Of a stretch of 32,000 nucleotides of DNA, positions 9,367-18,741 are shown piece after piece. The stretch comes from Candidatus Lokiarchaeum ossiferum (lineage in GTDB: Archaea > Asgardarchaeota > Lokiarchaeia > Sigyniarchaeales > Promethearchaeaceae), in contig CP104013.1 of NCBI GenBank assembly GCA_025839675.1, positions 720,001 to 752,000 on the forward strand, read 5' to 3'. The stretch's first letter is position 1, and each line of letters opens with the position of its first letter. The notes beneath the pieces are model-generated. The model did not search any database, was not told where the DNA came from, and was given only the letters and a program-made list of their open reading frames with translations. A program made the position numbers and the translations under genes.

Positions 9367-10182
9367 TTAAGATCCTCGCATGATCTTTTTAAGACGTTCG
9401 AGTTCTTTCAACATCTCTTCACGTAACCCTCCGAGACCTGCATTTCCTGTTGCTGCCGGAGGTCCACCTGCTGATGGAGCAGGGGGGGTTGCAGGACGGG
9501 TCGCAAATGAGGGTGCTTTTACAGCTCCAGGTGGCCCCGCAGGAGGTGCTCCAGGCATTGGAGGCATCTTTGGTGGAGGTGGAAGTGCCATTCCACCCGC
9601 AGGAGGAGTAGAAGGAGGTCCCGCTTTTGGTGGTCCCGAAGGTGGTCCTGATGGAGGTCCCGCTTTTGGAGGTCCCGAAGGTGGTCCTGATGGAGGTCCC
9701 GCTTTTGGAGGTCCCGAAGGTGGTCCTGCTTTTGGAGGTCCCGAAGGTGGTCCAGCTTTTGGAGGTCCTGATGGTGGCCCCGCTTTTGGAGGTCCTGAAG
9801 GTGGAGCTGGTTTTGCTGGAGTCGAAGAAGGTTTCACTTCTATTCCTGAAGCAGCAAAACTAGGCACGGATTCACCATTATCAGCCGTTTCAGTTGGTTT
9901 GCTTGTAGAAAGCATATTGAAAAGTAAAGAGGCAGCTTTTTCTCTAGCAGCACCCTTATTTGCAGAAACTGCTACAGGTGCAGCTTCAACAGAAACCGAT
10001 GAAGTCCCAGTAGCTTCTTTGACTTCCCTCACACGTTTTAAATCTTTCTTAGCCTTGAATATAGATTTTTGAAATGATGTTAATGCTTTATTCGTACTTT
10101 CCAAAGTGTCTGAGAGCTCTTCAATTCCTTCTGTGAGAAACGCAATAATCTGAGTCAGTTTATCTTTAACCACATATAACAT
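9367..10182 (-). CDS. Coiled-coil / proline-rich repeat protein with a C-terminal LKKI (WH2-like) helix
   Basis: The minus-strand ORF has a helical N-terminus (MLYVVKDKLTQIIAFLTEGIEELSDTLESTNKALTSFQKSIFKAKKDLKRV). This is followed by an Ala/Ser linker, ~70 aa of GPPSGPPKA / GPPSGPPSGPPKA repeats, then LPPPPKMPPMPGAPPAGPPGA, ending GLGGLREEMLKELERLKKIMRGS. The track start at 10239 is a TTG; the first ATG is at 10182. Confidence 0.7.
   Translation of the reverse strand: MLYVVKDKLTQIIAFLTEGIEELSDTLESTNKALTSFQKSIFKAKKDLKRVREVKEATGTSSVSVEAAPVAVSANKGAAREKAASLLFNMLSTSKPTETADNGESVPSFAASGIEVKPSSTPAKPAPPSGPPKAGPPSGPPKAGPPSGPPKAGPPSGPPKAGPPSGPPSGPPKAGPPSGPPSGPPKAGPPSTPPAGGMALPPPPKMPPMPGAPPAGPPGAVKAPSFATRPATPPAPSAGGPPAATGNAGLGGLREEMLKELERLKKIMRGS
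9617..9802 (-). repeat. In-frame tandem DNA repeat: two 39-nt units followed by four 27-nt units (plus-strand order), encoding the GPPSGPPKA array
   Basis: Plus-strand units at 9617-9655 and 9656-9694 differ at a single base. Units at 9695-9721, 9722-9748, 9749-9775 and 9776-9802 are variants of ggtcccgcttttggaggtcccgaaggt. This forms a GC-rich island in AT-rich DNA. Confidence 0.9.
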
Positions 10183-10287
10183 CTCGCTATTTTTGAAGTA
10201 TTTTCTTGTAATTAAACGACTTGTTGGGATTCTTCCCAATAAATTCTATTCAAATATCAAAGAAATATTATAATTATGATTTGATTG

Positions 10288-10362
10288 TTTAAATTTATAA
10301 AATTTAGCCTTAGTTATCAATTTGAATTTAAATTTATAAAAATTAGCCTTAGTTATCAATTT
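10288..10362. promoter_or_regulatory. Tandem duplication of a 36-nt element containing a TTTATAAAA TATA-like box, in the divergent intergenic region
   Basis: tttaaatttataaaatttagccttagttatcaattt (10288-10323) and tttaaatttataaaaattagccttagttatcaattt (10327-10362) are 35/36 identical and separated by gaa. The element lies between the divergent proline-rich gene (-) and purA (+). Confidence 0.5.
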
Positions 10363-10367
10363 ATTAA

Positions 10368-11732
<1,365 letters not shown>

Positions 11733-11868
11733 ATAATGCCTTTTCTTCCTTTTTTTCCAATATATATCCATTTTAAATTATCTACTTCCCTTTTATCCCC
11801 ATTGATCCATTAACAGGATAAAATTCAAATTCACAATCTTATAAGCCCATGCAATATTAGCTTAGATC

Positions 11869-13551
11869 ATGGACACCAAAGAATATCACTTAGAACCATT
11901 GCCTTCATTTCGTGGGAGAAAAGGGCCTTTACTAGTGATTATCATGGATGGCGTTGGAATTGGCAAAAAAGATGCAGGAGATGCATTTTATCAGGCCCAT
12001 CCAACAAATTTAAATACTTGGATGAGTGAAACAAAAGAAAAGGGATTATATACCGAATTACGTGCCCATGGTATTGCAGTAGGGCTACCTACCGATGGAG
12101 ATATGGGTAATTCCGAAGTGGGACATAATGCATTAGGTGCAGGTCAAGTTTTCAGCCAAGGAGCAAGACTAGTTAATGATTCGTTAGAAACGGGTGAATT
12201 TTTTGAAACCGAAAATTGGGATAAAATTGTAGGTGAAACTGCTCGTACAAATCAAACAATTCATCTAATTGGATTACTTTCAGATGGTAATGTACATTCT
12301 CATATCGAACAATTATTTAAAATTCTGGACGGAATAGTTAAAACTGGTGTGAAAAAGATCCGGATCCACCCGCTCTTAGACGGAAGGGATGTACCGCCAG
12401 ATTCTGGTTTACTTTTTATCAATCAATTGGAAGAAAAATTAAAATCTTTAGAAACTGACGGTAAAATTGATGCAAAGATTGGTTCTGGAGGCGGTCGGAT
12501 GTATGTAACCATGGATCGATATGAATCCAATTGGGATATAGTAAAAAGAGGGTGGAATGCTCATGTCCGAGGTTTTGTTGATTCAATAGATATAACAAAG
12601 GATTACCCCGGTTATTTCACTTCAGCAACCAAAGCCATTGAAACTGCTCGAAAGGTCTATCCTGAAAAACAAGATCAATATAATCCGCCTTTTGTGATCG
12701 TTAATGATGAAAATAATCCCATTGGAAAGATGAACAATGGCGACGCTGTTATTAACTTCAATTTCCGAGGTGATCGAGCTATTGAAATCTCAAAAGCATT
12801 TATTTTTGAAGATTTCGCTTATTTCGACCGAATTTATACTCCCGATGTAAAATATTCCGGATTATTGGAGTATGATGGCGATGCCCATATTCCAACAATT
12901 TTCTTGGTCCCTCCCCCCAAAATCACGAACATTTCAGCGAAGTATTTTACAGCGATGAAAATTCCTTCTTTCGCTATTGCTGAAACCCATAAATTTGGCC
13001 ATGTCACTTATTTCTGGAATGGAAATAACACAGGTTACATTAATTCGGGGTATGAATTGTATGAAGAAATAAAATCCGAACCAAATGAAATGATTGAATC
13101 TCATCCAGAAATGCGTGCAGATGAAGTCACGGAACGCTTATTGCAAATAATTCAGTCAAAAAAATATAAGTATATACGCGTCAATTATGCAAACGGAGAC
13201 ATGGTAGGGCATACGGGCAATATCAAGTCATGTATCCGAGCGGTAAAAAAGTTGGATGAATGTTTAAAAAAGGTGGTAGATGCGACATTAAGTGCAGATG
13301 GAATAGTTGTTATTACCGCCGATCATGGAAATGTGGAAGAAAAATTGGACAAAAAAGGAAATGTGAAGACGTCCCATACTTTGAATCCAGTTCCATTCTT
13401 TATTCTTGATTCAAATTACAAAGGTGAATATCAAGTCGATACATCAAAAATTGAAGAACCAGGTATTTCCAATGTTATTGCGACTGTTATGAATTTAATG
13501 GGATATCAGGCCCCAGGGTTTTATGAAAAATCACTAATAAACTTCAATTAA
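11869..13551 (+). CDS. gpmI: 2,3-bisphosphoglycerate-independent phosphoglycerate mutase (iPGM), long form
   Basis: Contains the phosphoserine motif DMGNSEVGHNALGAG, plus LIGLLSDGNVHSH, LDGRDV, GGGRMYVTMDRYESNWD, ETHKFGHVTYFWNGN, NGDMVGHTG and ITADHGN. A TTATAA box at 11839-11844 lies ~27 nt upstream of the ATG, giving a leaderless-type layout. Confidence 0.95.
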   Translation: MDTKEYHLEPLPSFRGRKGPLLVIIMDGVGIGKKDAGDAFYQAHPTNLNTWMSETKEKGLYTELRAHGIAVGLPTDGDMGNSEVGHNALGAGQVFSQGARLVNDSLETGEFFETENWDKIVGETARTNQTIHLIGLLSDGNVHSHIEQLFKILDGIVKTGVKKIRIHPLLDGRDVPPDSGLLFINQLEEKLKSLETDGKIDAKIGSGGGRMYVTMDRYESNWDIVKRGWNAHVRGFVDSIDITKDYPGYFTSATKAIETARKVYPEKQDQYNPPFVIVNDENNPIGKMNNGDAVINFNFRGDRAIEISKAFIFEDFAYFDRIYTPDVKYSGLLEYDGDAHIPTIFLVPPPKITNISAKYFTAMKIPSFAIAETHKFGHVTYFWNGNNTGYINSGYELYEEIKSEPNEMIESHPEMRADEVTERLLQIIQSKKYKYIRVNYANGDMVGHTGNIKSCIRAVKKLDECLKKVVDATLSADGIVVITADHGNVEEKLDKKGNVKTSHTLNPVPFFILDSNYKGEYQVDTSKIEEPGISNVIATVMNLMGYQAPGFYEKSLINFN

Positions 13552-13562
13552 TCTTTTATCAA

Positions 13563-13583
13563 TTTTTTGATGAATATTTTTTT
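13563..13583 (+). terminator. Oligo-T tracts (T6 and T7) just downstream of the gpmI stop
   Basis: T6 at 13563-13568 and T7 at 13577-13583 fall within 32 nt of the stop at 13549-13551. A further short hairpin gtcac-N7-gtgac plus T6 lies at 13619-13641. Confidence 0.3.
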
Positions 13584-13777
13584 AAAGAGGACGGGTCTCA
13601 AGAGAAGTGGGTCGTTTTGTCACCCAAAAAGTGACTTTTTTATTTCTTTTGGTCTTTCATTTTTAGTGTTTATAGCTGTATCTTTGATTAAAATAGATTT
13701 GTTGGATAATCTACTTCACTATAAAAAAGAGCGGAAAAAAAAATGAATATGAAATTCAAAAAATTTCAGTTCTCTAT

Positions 13778-14857
13778 TCATTTTGATTGGAGTATTTCTA
13801 ATGTCCTAGTGTCAATCCTTTTGTCATTATAATTCGCATTTTTTTGAAATCGAAGGCTATTATCTATTAATCCAAAATGTAAATTTTTATAATTCCAATA
13901 CGTGAAATTGATGTCATATTTTTTGATAAGGGTCATGATATCCCCTAACCACCGTGAGCGCACCTCGGGTTTTGCATACCCTATACATCCGAATTCACCG
14001 AGTAATACAGGAACTTGATGTTTCCTTTGAAAATCCAATACAGGTTGCCACATTGCTTCTATTCTTTGCAAATCCCATTTTCCCATTTGATTTTTAAAAA
14101 TGAAGAAATCATGCTCAGATTCCTGTTTTTTCATTTCCCTTAAAATTGGGTCAAGATTAGGGATTTCTCCCGGATATTCTACATAGCCAGGATAATATTC
14201 TTGAATTAACCGAAACCATTCTGCTTTTTGATGGGTGACTAAAATTGGTTGATAAAAATGAAAACTATAGATGATTTTATCATCTTTAAATTTCTTTAAA
14301 TCGGAAAATGTATCTACCTGACCCCACATATTGGATTCAACCACAATATAGTTATTCCTTGCATTCTTACGAATAATTGGGATGGTCTTTTCGACCAATT
14401 CATTCCATTGCTCGGGAAAAGGCGCTGTGGGTTCATTCATAACCTCAAACAGAACATTGTCAAATTTTCCAAATCTCTCAGAAAGTTTCTTCCAAATTTC
14501 AAAAAATTTTTGCTGTGATTCAGTCTTTGGATCCCATAAATCATTAGCATCGGATTCATTGTGATCAAAGCTATGACCCGGGGCTTTATGCAGGTTAAGA
14601 ATGAGTTTTAACCCATATTCTTGAGCCCAGATAACACACTTATCCACAATATGGGCTTTTTTTTCAATCATAATTTCGTTTTGGGTGAAATCAAACAATT
14701 CAAAATAATCAATAGGAAGCCGAATAGTATTAAACCCCCACCGTTGGACGCGTTTAAAATCTTGCTCCGTTAGAAATGAAGCATAGTGATCTTCGCTCTT
14801 TTCTTCGATTTGGGACAAAAATCCCCCAAAATTTACACCATAAAATTTCATCATCAT
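13778..14857 (-). CDS. Glycoside hydrolase family 5 (cellulase/beta-glycanase-like), no signal peptide
   Basis: The GH5 landmarks appear in order: GVNFGGFL, IRLPI, LNLHKAPG, acid/base FEVMNEP, FHFY, and nucleophile LLGEFGC. The N-terminus MMMKFYGVNFGG runs straight into the catalytic barrel without a hydrophobic leader. Confidence 0.88.
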   Translation of the reverse strand: MMMKFYGVNFGGFLSQIEEKSEDHYASFLTEQDFKRVQRWGFNTIRLPIDYFELFDFTQNEIMIEKKAHIVDKCVIWAQEYGLKLILNLHKAPGHSFDHNESDANDLWDPKTESQQKFFEIWKKLSERFGKFDNVLFEVMNEPTAPFPEQWNELVEKTIPIIRKNARNNYIVVESNMWGQVDTFSDLKKFKDDKIIYSFHFYQPILVTHQKAEWFRLIQEYYPGYVEYPGEIPNLDPILREMKKQESEHDFFIFKNQMGKWDLQRIEAMWQPVLDFQRKHQVPVLLGEFGCIGYAKPEVRSRWLGDIMTLIKKYDINFTYWNYKNLHFGLIDNSLRFQKNANYNDKRIDTRTLEILQSK

Positions 14858-15183
14858 TCATTTAAATAGTTTTTGTATGACATAATGGAGGGTTTAATTT
14901 AAAATAATGGAAATTTGTGCCCTTACGGCTATTCCTTCGTTTCCCGATTTTCTATAGATAGATCCAATTTTTGATTCTGATTCGGAAATCCATATCAATG
15001 AAATTAAACTTGAAGATATCTCTGATTTAACTAAAAAACACAAAATTCAATGTTCTTATCAAGATAGTTCTCAATATTTAGAAAAATAAGCATCTCTAAA
15101 TTAAATTATTTTACGGAAAATCAAATTTAACAGGTAATTATTGGCAGAAGAAAAGGGGCAATAGGTAAAAAATCTAAAAATGC

Positions 15184-15540
15184 TTAATTATTTTTCTCAT
15201 TTTCCTTTTGAAAATCTTCGATCGTTGAAATAACGATTCCAGAATACATCATCGAAGGCCCTCCACCCATTAAACCAGTCACCATGCAAGCTTCTAACAG
15301 TTCATCACGGGTCGCCCCATAATCAAGAGCTTTTCGCGTATGATAAACAATGCACCACTCACATTGTTGAGCAACACTCACTGAAACCATAATGATCTGT
15401 TTTATTTTTGCAGATAATGCCCCATCTTTTTCGGCACTATGAATATACTGGGTAAATCCCTTTATTGCTTTGGGATTGAATGCATTTAATTGATTAAAAG
15501 TTTGTTTCGCTTCATCGTATAGAATTTTAGTGGACCTCAT
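15184..15540 (-). CDS. Carboxymuconolactone decarboxylase / AhpD-like family protein
   Basis: Has the AhpD-core CxxC-H motif QQCEWCIVYHT, a helical ~115-aa size, and GATRDELLEA typical of the CMD family. The ORF opens at 15573 (MFYFLCFPLFL). I prefer the ATG at 15540 (MRSTKILYDE...). Confidence 0.8.
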   Translation of the reverse strand: MRSTKILYDEAKQTFNQLNAFNPKAIKGFTQYIHSAEKDGALSAKIKQIIMVSVSVAQQCEWCIVYHTRKALDYGATRDELLEACMVTGLMGGGPSMMYSGIVISTIEDFQKENEKNN

Positions 15541-15597
15541 GAGGAATAAAGGAAAACATAAAAAATAAAACATTAGAAACTTAAGGCATTCTTTTGG

Positions 15598-16671
15598 CTA
15601 ATATTGGAAAATCGTGGATAATTGATCACACTCATTGAAAATTAATTGGCTGTAATGTTCAAATCCTTCCAAAAATTTACAATACTTGTTCAAGAAAGAT
15701 TTTATACGAAGAATCGCCTCTTGATTTGTGGTATCCATAGTCATAGATTCCACTTCTTCTAAAAGAGCGCGAATTTTTGGAAATTGGTTGATTTGAGATT
15801 TCATAAAAAATCTAAAATAGCGATGGAAGGAATATAAAATAGACTGCATGATGTATATGTTCTGGCGAGTGGATTTCTGCGCTTTAGGTAATTTGGTTAT
15901 AAATCCTCTATCAATTAATATTTTCAAGTTTTGGGAAATAATTCCAGAAGAGAATTGAGTCAATTCTTGAAGATTGGCTTGAGTCAAAGATCTTCGAGTG
16001 ATGAAATAGGCTAAAATTGTAGAATATATAGGCTTATCTTCATCAAGCAAGGTGGAATTTAATTGCATATTAATTATTTCTTGTTCAAGTTCAAGTATTT
16101 TAGGTGATAGGTTTTTTTGATGACCATCAAAAACAGGAAGATCTTTAACGGGAATTGTGATATTCTGAATATATTCTTTCCGATCTTTCCTTTTCATGAT
16201 TTGATATCCAATATAATCATTGAATTCATTTATTCGTGTCAGAAAAACACCTTCATCTTCAGTTTTTTGATTGACTATTTCATTTAAATGTTGGACTAGA
16301 GAATCCATTTTTTTTTTAAATGTACTATATTCAGCAAAATAATCTGGAGCTATGTTATAACTTAATCGAAAATTGGGATCTTTTAGAAAATATTCATACG
16401 CATGAGTTTTTGGTTTTAATTTTTTTTGAGTGATTCCAATTTCACACAAAAAAGGAAGTAACATAGAAACGGTTCCTTTTGAAAAACCGGTTAACTTTTG
16501 GAATTCTAGTTGGGTTAATTTTCCATAAAGAAGAAGATATGTGAAGATTTCGTTAAATTTGACATTTTTCCCTCCAAACTTGGCATTTTTAACCATAATA
16601 GAAACTATTTCTTTTTCTATGGTATTCAGCCGTCTTTGTTTGGAGGATGAAGATTTTGACATAAAACTCAA
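15598..16671 (-). CDS. Cytoplasmic regulator with two MarR/GbsR-like winged-helix domains
   Basis: The two wHTH segments are LTQLEFQKLTGFSKGTVSMLLPFLCEIGITQKK and LTQANLQELTQFSSGIISQNLKILIDRGFITKL. Each is followed by a helical region. The gene is divergent from the membrane wHTH gene at 16826. Confidence 0.65.
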   Translation of the reverse strand: MSFMSKSSSSKQRRLNTIEKEIVSIMVKNAKFGGKNVKFNEIFTYLLLYGKLTQLEFQKLTGFSKGTVSMLLPFLCEIGITQKKLKPKTHAYEYFLKDPNFRLSYNIAPDYFAEYSTFKKKMDSLVQHLNEIVNQKTEDEGVFLTRINEFNDYIGYQIMKRKDRKEYIQNITIPVKDLPVFDGHQKNLSPKILELEQEIINMQLNSTLLDEDKPIYSTILAYFITRRSLTQANLQELTQFSSGIISQNLKILIDRGFITKLPKAQKSTRQNIYIMQSILYSFHRYFRFFMKSQINQFPKIRALLEEVESMTMDTTNQEAILRIKSFLNKYCKFLEGFEHYSQLIFNECDQLSTIFQY

Positions 16672-16825
16672 TAGTAATAAAAGTAATTCATCCTTAAATA
16701 TTTTTCAAAACCCAAACTTAATGAAATTTTTTTTGTAAGAATTCAAGAAATGGGGAAAACTATCTCTTATGCTTTAAATATAGCAGTACCTAATAAATAC
16801 TTAACTAATAAAAAGTGAAAAGTGT

Positions 16826-18271
16826 TTGCAAACTCATAAAAATCTTGTAATATTTGGAATACTTGGAATAATTGCACTAGGCATAAGTGGACTACTAAAT
16901 CAGAATTATTTTACAAATTCCGCCTCAATCTTTGAGAAAACTCAATATAATGAAGAAGTAGATTCAGGAGATTTTTTCTATAAAGATGTTGAAGAACCAA
17001 CATCCATCTTTTCGCAAGAAAATACACCAAATAATACAGGAACGCAAGGAAATGGCAATCCAACAAATTTTACACATGGAAATATGGGGAATCAAATCAA
17101 TAATACATCAAATTTCCAATTTAAATTTGCAAACAATTTTGCTATAAAGGGAACTGCGAATCAAAATATCAGTTTAACCACCCAATATGATTCAGAACTT
17201 TCAAACAGGTTCTTTGGATTCCACCTCAATAATGAAGAATATGTCGATATGTCATTGTATGCTCAATCAAGCTTTCTCTATAGTCAACAATCACAAATAG
17301 CTAAACCTTCTATACTCTTCAATTTAGAAATACCTCAAATACCTATGAAAATGGCCCCAGTTCTTTCAGTCTCAGAAGATGAGGCAAAGGAATATAATGT
17401 AGATTATTCCTATTCTGCATTTTATTCTCTGGATTTTGATGGGTCATATGAATCAATCCAAATTTATTCTATACTCGATCCAAATCTCGGGATACAACCT
17501 GCAGAAAATCAAGATATTTCGTGGGCAATCTTTGATAATTCTACGAATCAATGGAACCTTATCGACACTTCCATATCAGATGGTAATATTTCAGCATTAA
17601 TTTATGGAAATTCTGTTGAATCAAGCCAATTAATTCTAACATTAGTATATATATCACCAGTATCTATCGCTGAAAATTTCTGGACATCAACTCTGGGATT
17701 GATAATTATTGGTTTAGCCATTTTAACAATTGTATTTGGATCCTTAATGTCTCAGCAAGAATATCGAGATTATTTACTGAATAGGTTTCTTCCAATAAAC
17801 AAGGGGCCACACCGATTGACCATGGAAGAAGTGTTGGAAAATGAAAATCGGAATAATATAATATCTGCAATTTTGGATAAACCGGGAATTCATTTTAACG
17901 AGCTTTTAAGAGAAATTAATATATCAGCAGGGACCTTAGCCTGGCATTTGGATATATTAGACACATTCAAAGTTATACGCAAGGAACGTGTGGGGCAATA
18001 TCTTCTCTATTTTTCATTTCTTGATACAAATCCAATATCCAAATTAGATTCTAAACTCCAAAAAAGCCGAACGACTTTAGAAATTATGCAGATCGTTAAA
18101 GACAACCCTGGAATATATCAAAATAAGATTGCTAAAAGGTTGGATTTAGATCATAAAACGGTTAAATATCATCTTGATAAACTTAAAGAAGCAGATATCG
18201 TCATCTCTAAAAAATCAGGTCGTAGGAATTTATTTTATCCAACAGATTTTGAAAGTATAATTTCGGAATAA
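16826..18271 (+). CDS. Membrane-embedded one-component regulator: N-terminal TM, ~270-aa extracytoplasmic domain, second TM, two cytoplasmic ArsR-like wHTH domains
   Basis: The start is a TTG; there is no in-frame ATG before the first TM, and an in-frame stop sits at 16802-16804. TM1 is LVIFGILGIIALGISGLL and TM2 is LGLIIIGLAILTIVFGSLM. The wHTH segments are IHFNELLREINISAGTLAWHLDILDTFKVIRKERVG and IYQNKIAKRLDLDHKTVKYHLDKLKEADIVISKKSG. A TTTAAATATA box lies ~35-45 nt upstream. Confidence 0.75.
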   Translation: MQTHKNLVIFGILGIIALGISGLLNQNYFTNSASIFEKTQYNEEVDSGDFFYKDVEEPTSIFSQENTPNNTGTQGNGNPTNFTHGNMGNQINNTSNFQFKFANNFAIKGTANQNISLTTQYDSELSNRFFGFHLNNEEYVDMSLYAQSSFLYSQQSQIAKPSILFNLEIPQIPMKMAPVLSVSEDEAKEYNVDYSYSAFYSLDFDGSYESIQIYSILDPNLGIQPAENQDISWAIFDNSTNQWNLIDTSISDGNISALIYGNSVESSQLILTLVYISPVSIAENFWTSTLGLIIIGLAILTIVFGSLMSQQEYRDYLLNRFLPINKGPHRLTMEEVLENENRNNIISAILDKPGIHFNELLREINISAGTLAWHLDILDTFKVIRKERVGQYLLYFSFLDTNPISKLDSKLQKSRTTLEIMQIVKDNPGIYQNKIAKRLDLDHKTVKYHLDKLKEADIVISKKSGRRNLFYPTDFESIISE

Positions 18272-18299
18272 ATTCAGAGAAAAAATAAAAAAAAAGGAA

Positions 18300-18608
18300 T
18301 TATTCTTCATCCATTAAAGATAGAGCATCATTAACCAAATTTTGATATGTTTTATCCGATAACATCTCAAAATACGCTTGACGGATGTTTCTCGAGATTG
18401 TTCGTTTCGTCTTGTTAAAAATAAATTTAATCAACGATAAGCGACTCATGAACAATATTTCCGTCCTTGATATTTGCTTGGGATGTGTCGAATCGAGATA
18501 GATTTGATTTCGACGTTTTTTCTTGTCAAATTGCTTGAAATTCGCGATGAATCTCCCCAGATCTTGTTCTTGGATTTCATCTTCCCTACTTTTTTGATAG
18601 ATTTCCAT
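18300..18608 (-). CDS. Hypothetical 102-aa basic protein
   Basis: This is the only ORF in the gap, with an ATG start. It is convergent with the upstream gene and divergent from the DUF123 gene. I recognise no motif. Confidence 0.4.
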   Translation of the reverse strand: MEIYQKSREDEIQEQDLGRFIANFKQFDKKKRRNQIYLDSTHPKQISRTEILFMSRLSLIKFIFNKTKRTISRNIRQAYFEMLSDKTYQNLVNDALSLMDEE

Positions 18609-18741
18609 TTAATCACCACGCGTTAATTTTTTTTTTTTCCCTATCTTTAATAATTCCGTTTTTTTAATCGATAACAAGTGAGAGATTATACTAACAAAAA
18701 TTTTTAATTTGGTTAAACAAAGAAAGATTAACATTTTTACT

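Noticed and set aside
9380-10072. 230-aa plus-strand Gly-rich ORF, with a nested 78-aa ORF at 9627-9863, opposite the proline-rich gene
   Set aside because: It is the mirror reading of the CCN-rich repeat (Pro codons read as Gly on the other strand). It has no structured termini. The minus-strand ORF is longer, has a coherent coiled-coil N-terminus and helical C-terminus, and fits the divergent promoter layout. I treat the plus-strand ORF as a shadow ORF, though strand choice should be confirmed with transcript data.
10288-10362. 36-nt direct repeats considered as a mini CRISPR array
   Set aside because: There are only two copies, separated by 3 nt with no spacer. The repeats are AT-rich with an embedded TATA-like box, and no cas genes are present. 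I interpret them as a promoter duplication.
13568-13641. Possible C/D-box sRNA or other ncRNA in the relatively GC-rich patch downstream of gpmI (UGAUGA at 13568-13573)
   Set aside because: There is no CUGA D box at the expected 50-70 nt distance, no C'/D' boxes and no terminal stem. The only structure is a 5-bp hairpin followed by T6.
14907-15089. 60-codon plus-strand frame, MEICALTAIPSFPDFL-TAG-IDPIFDSDSEIHINEIKLEDISDLTKKHKIQCSYQDSSQYLEK, interrupted by one in-frame TAG (possible pyrrolysine or readthrough). It also contains IPSFP, the motif seen at the SBP C-termini.
   Set aside because: The frame is very short, has no recognisable family and no upstream RBS, and lies in the promoter/terminator gap between two minus-strand genes. 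The window has no Pyl machinery. The IPSFP match uses different Ser codons and is most simply coincidence. It would be worth revisiting only if the genome encodes pylTSBCD.
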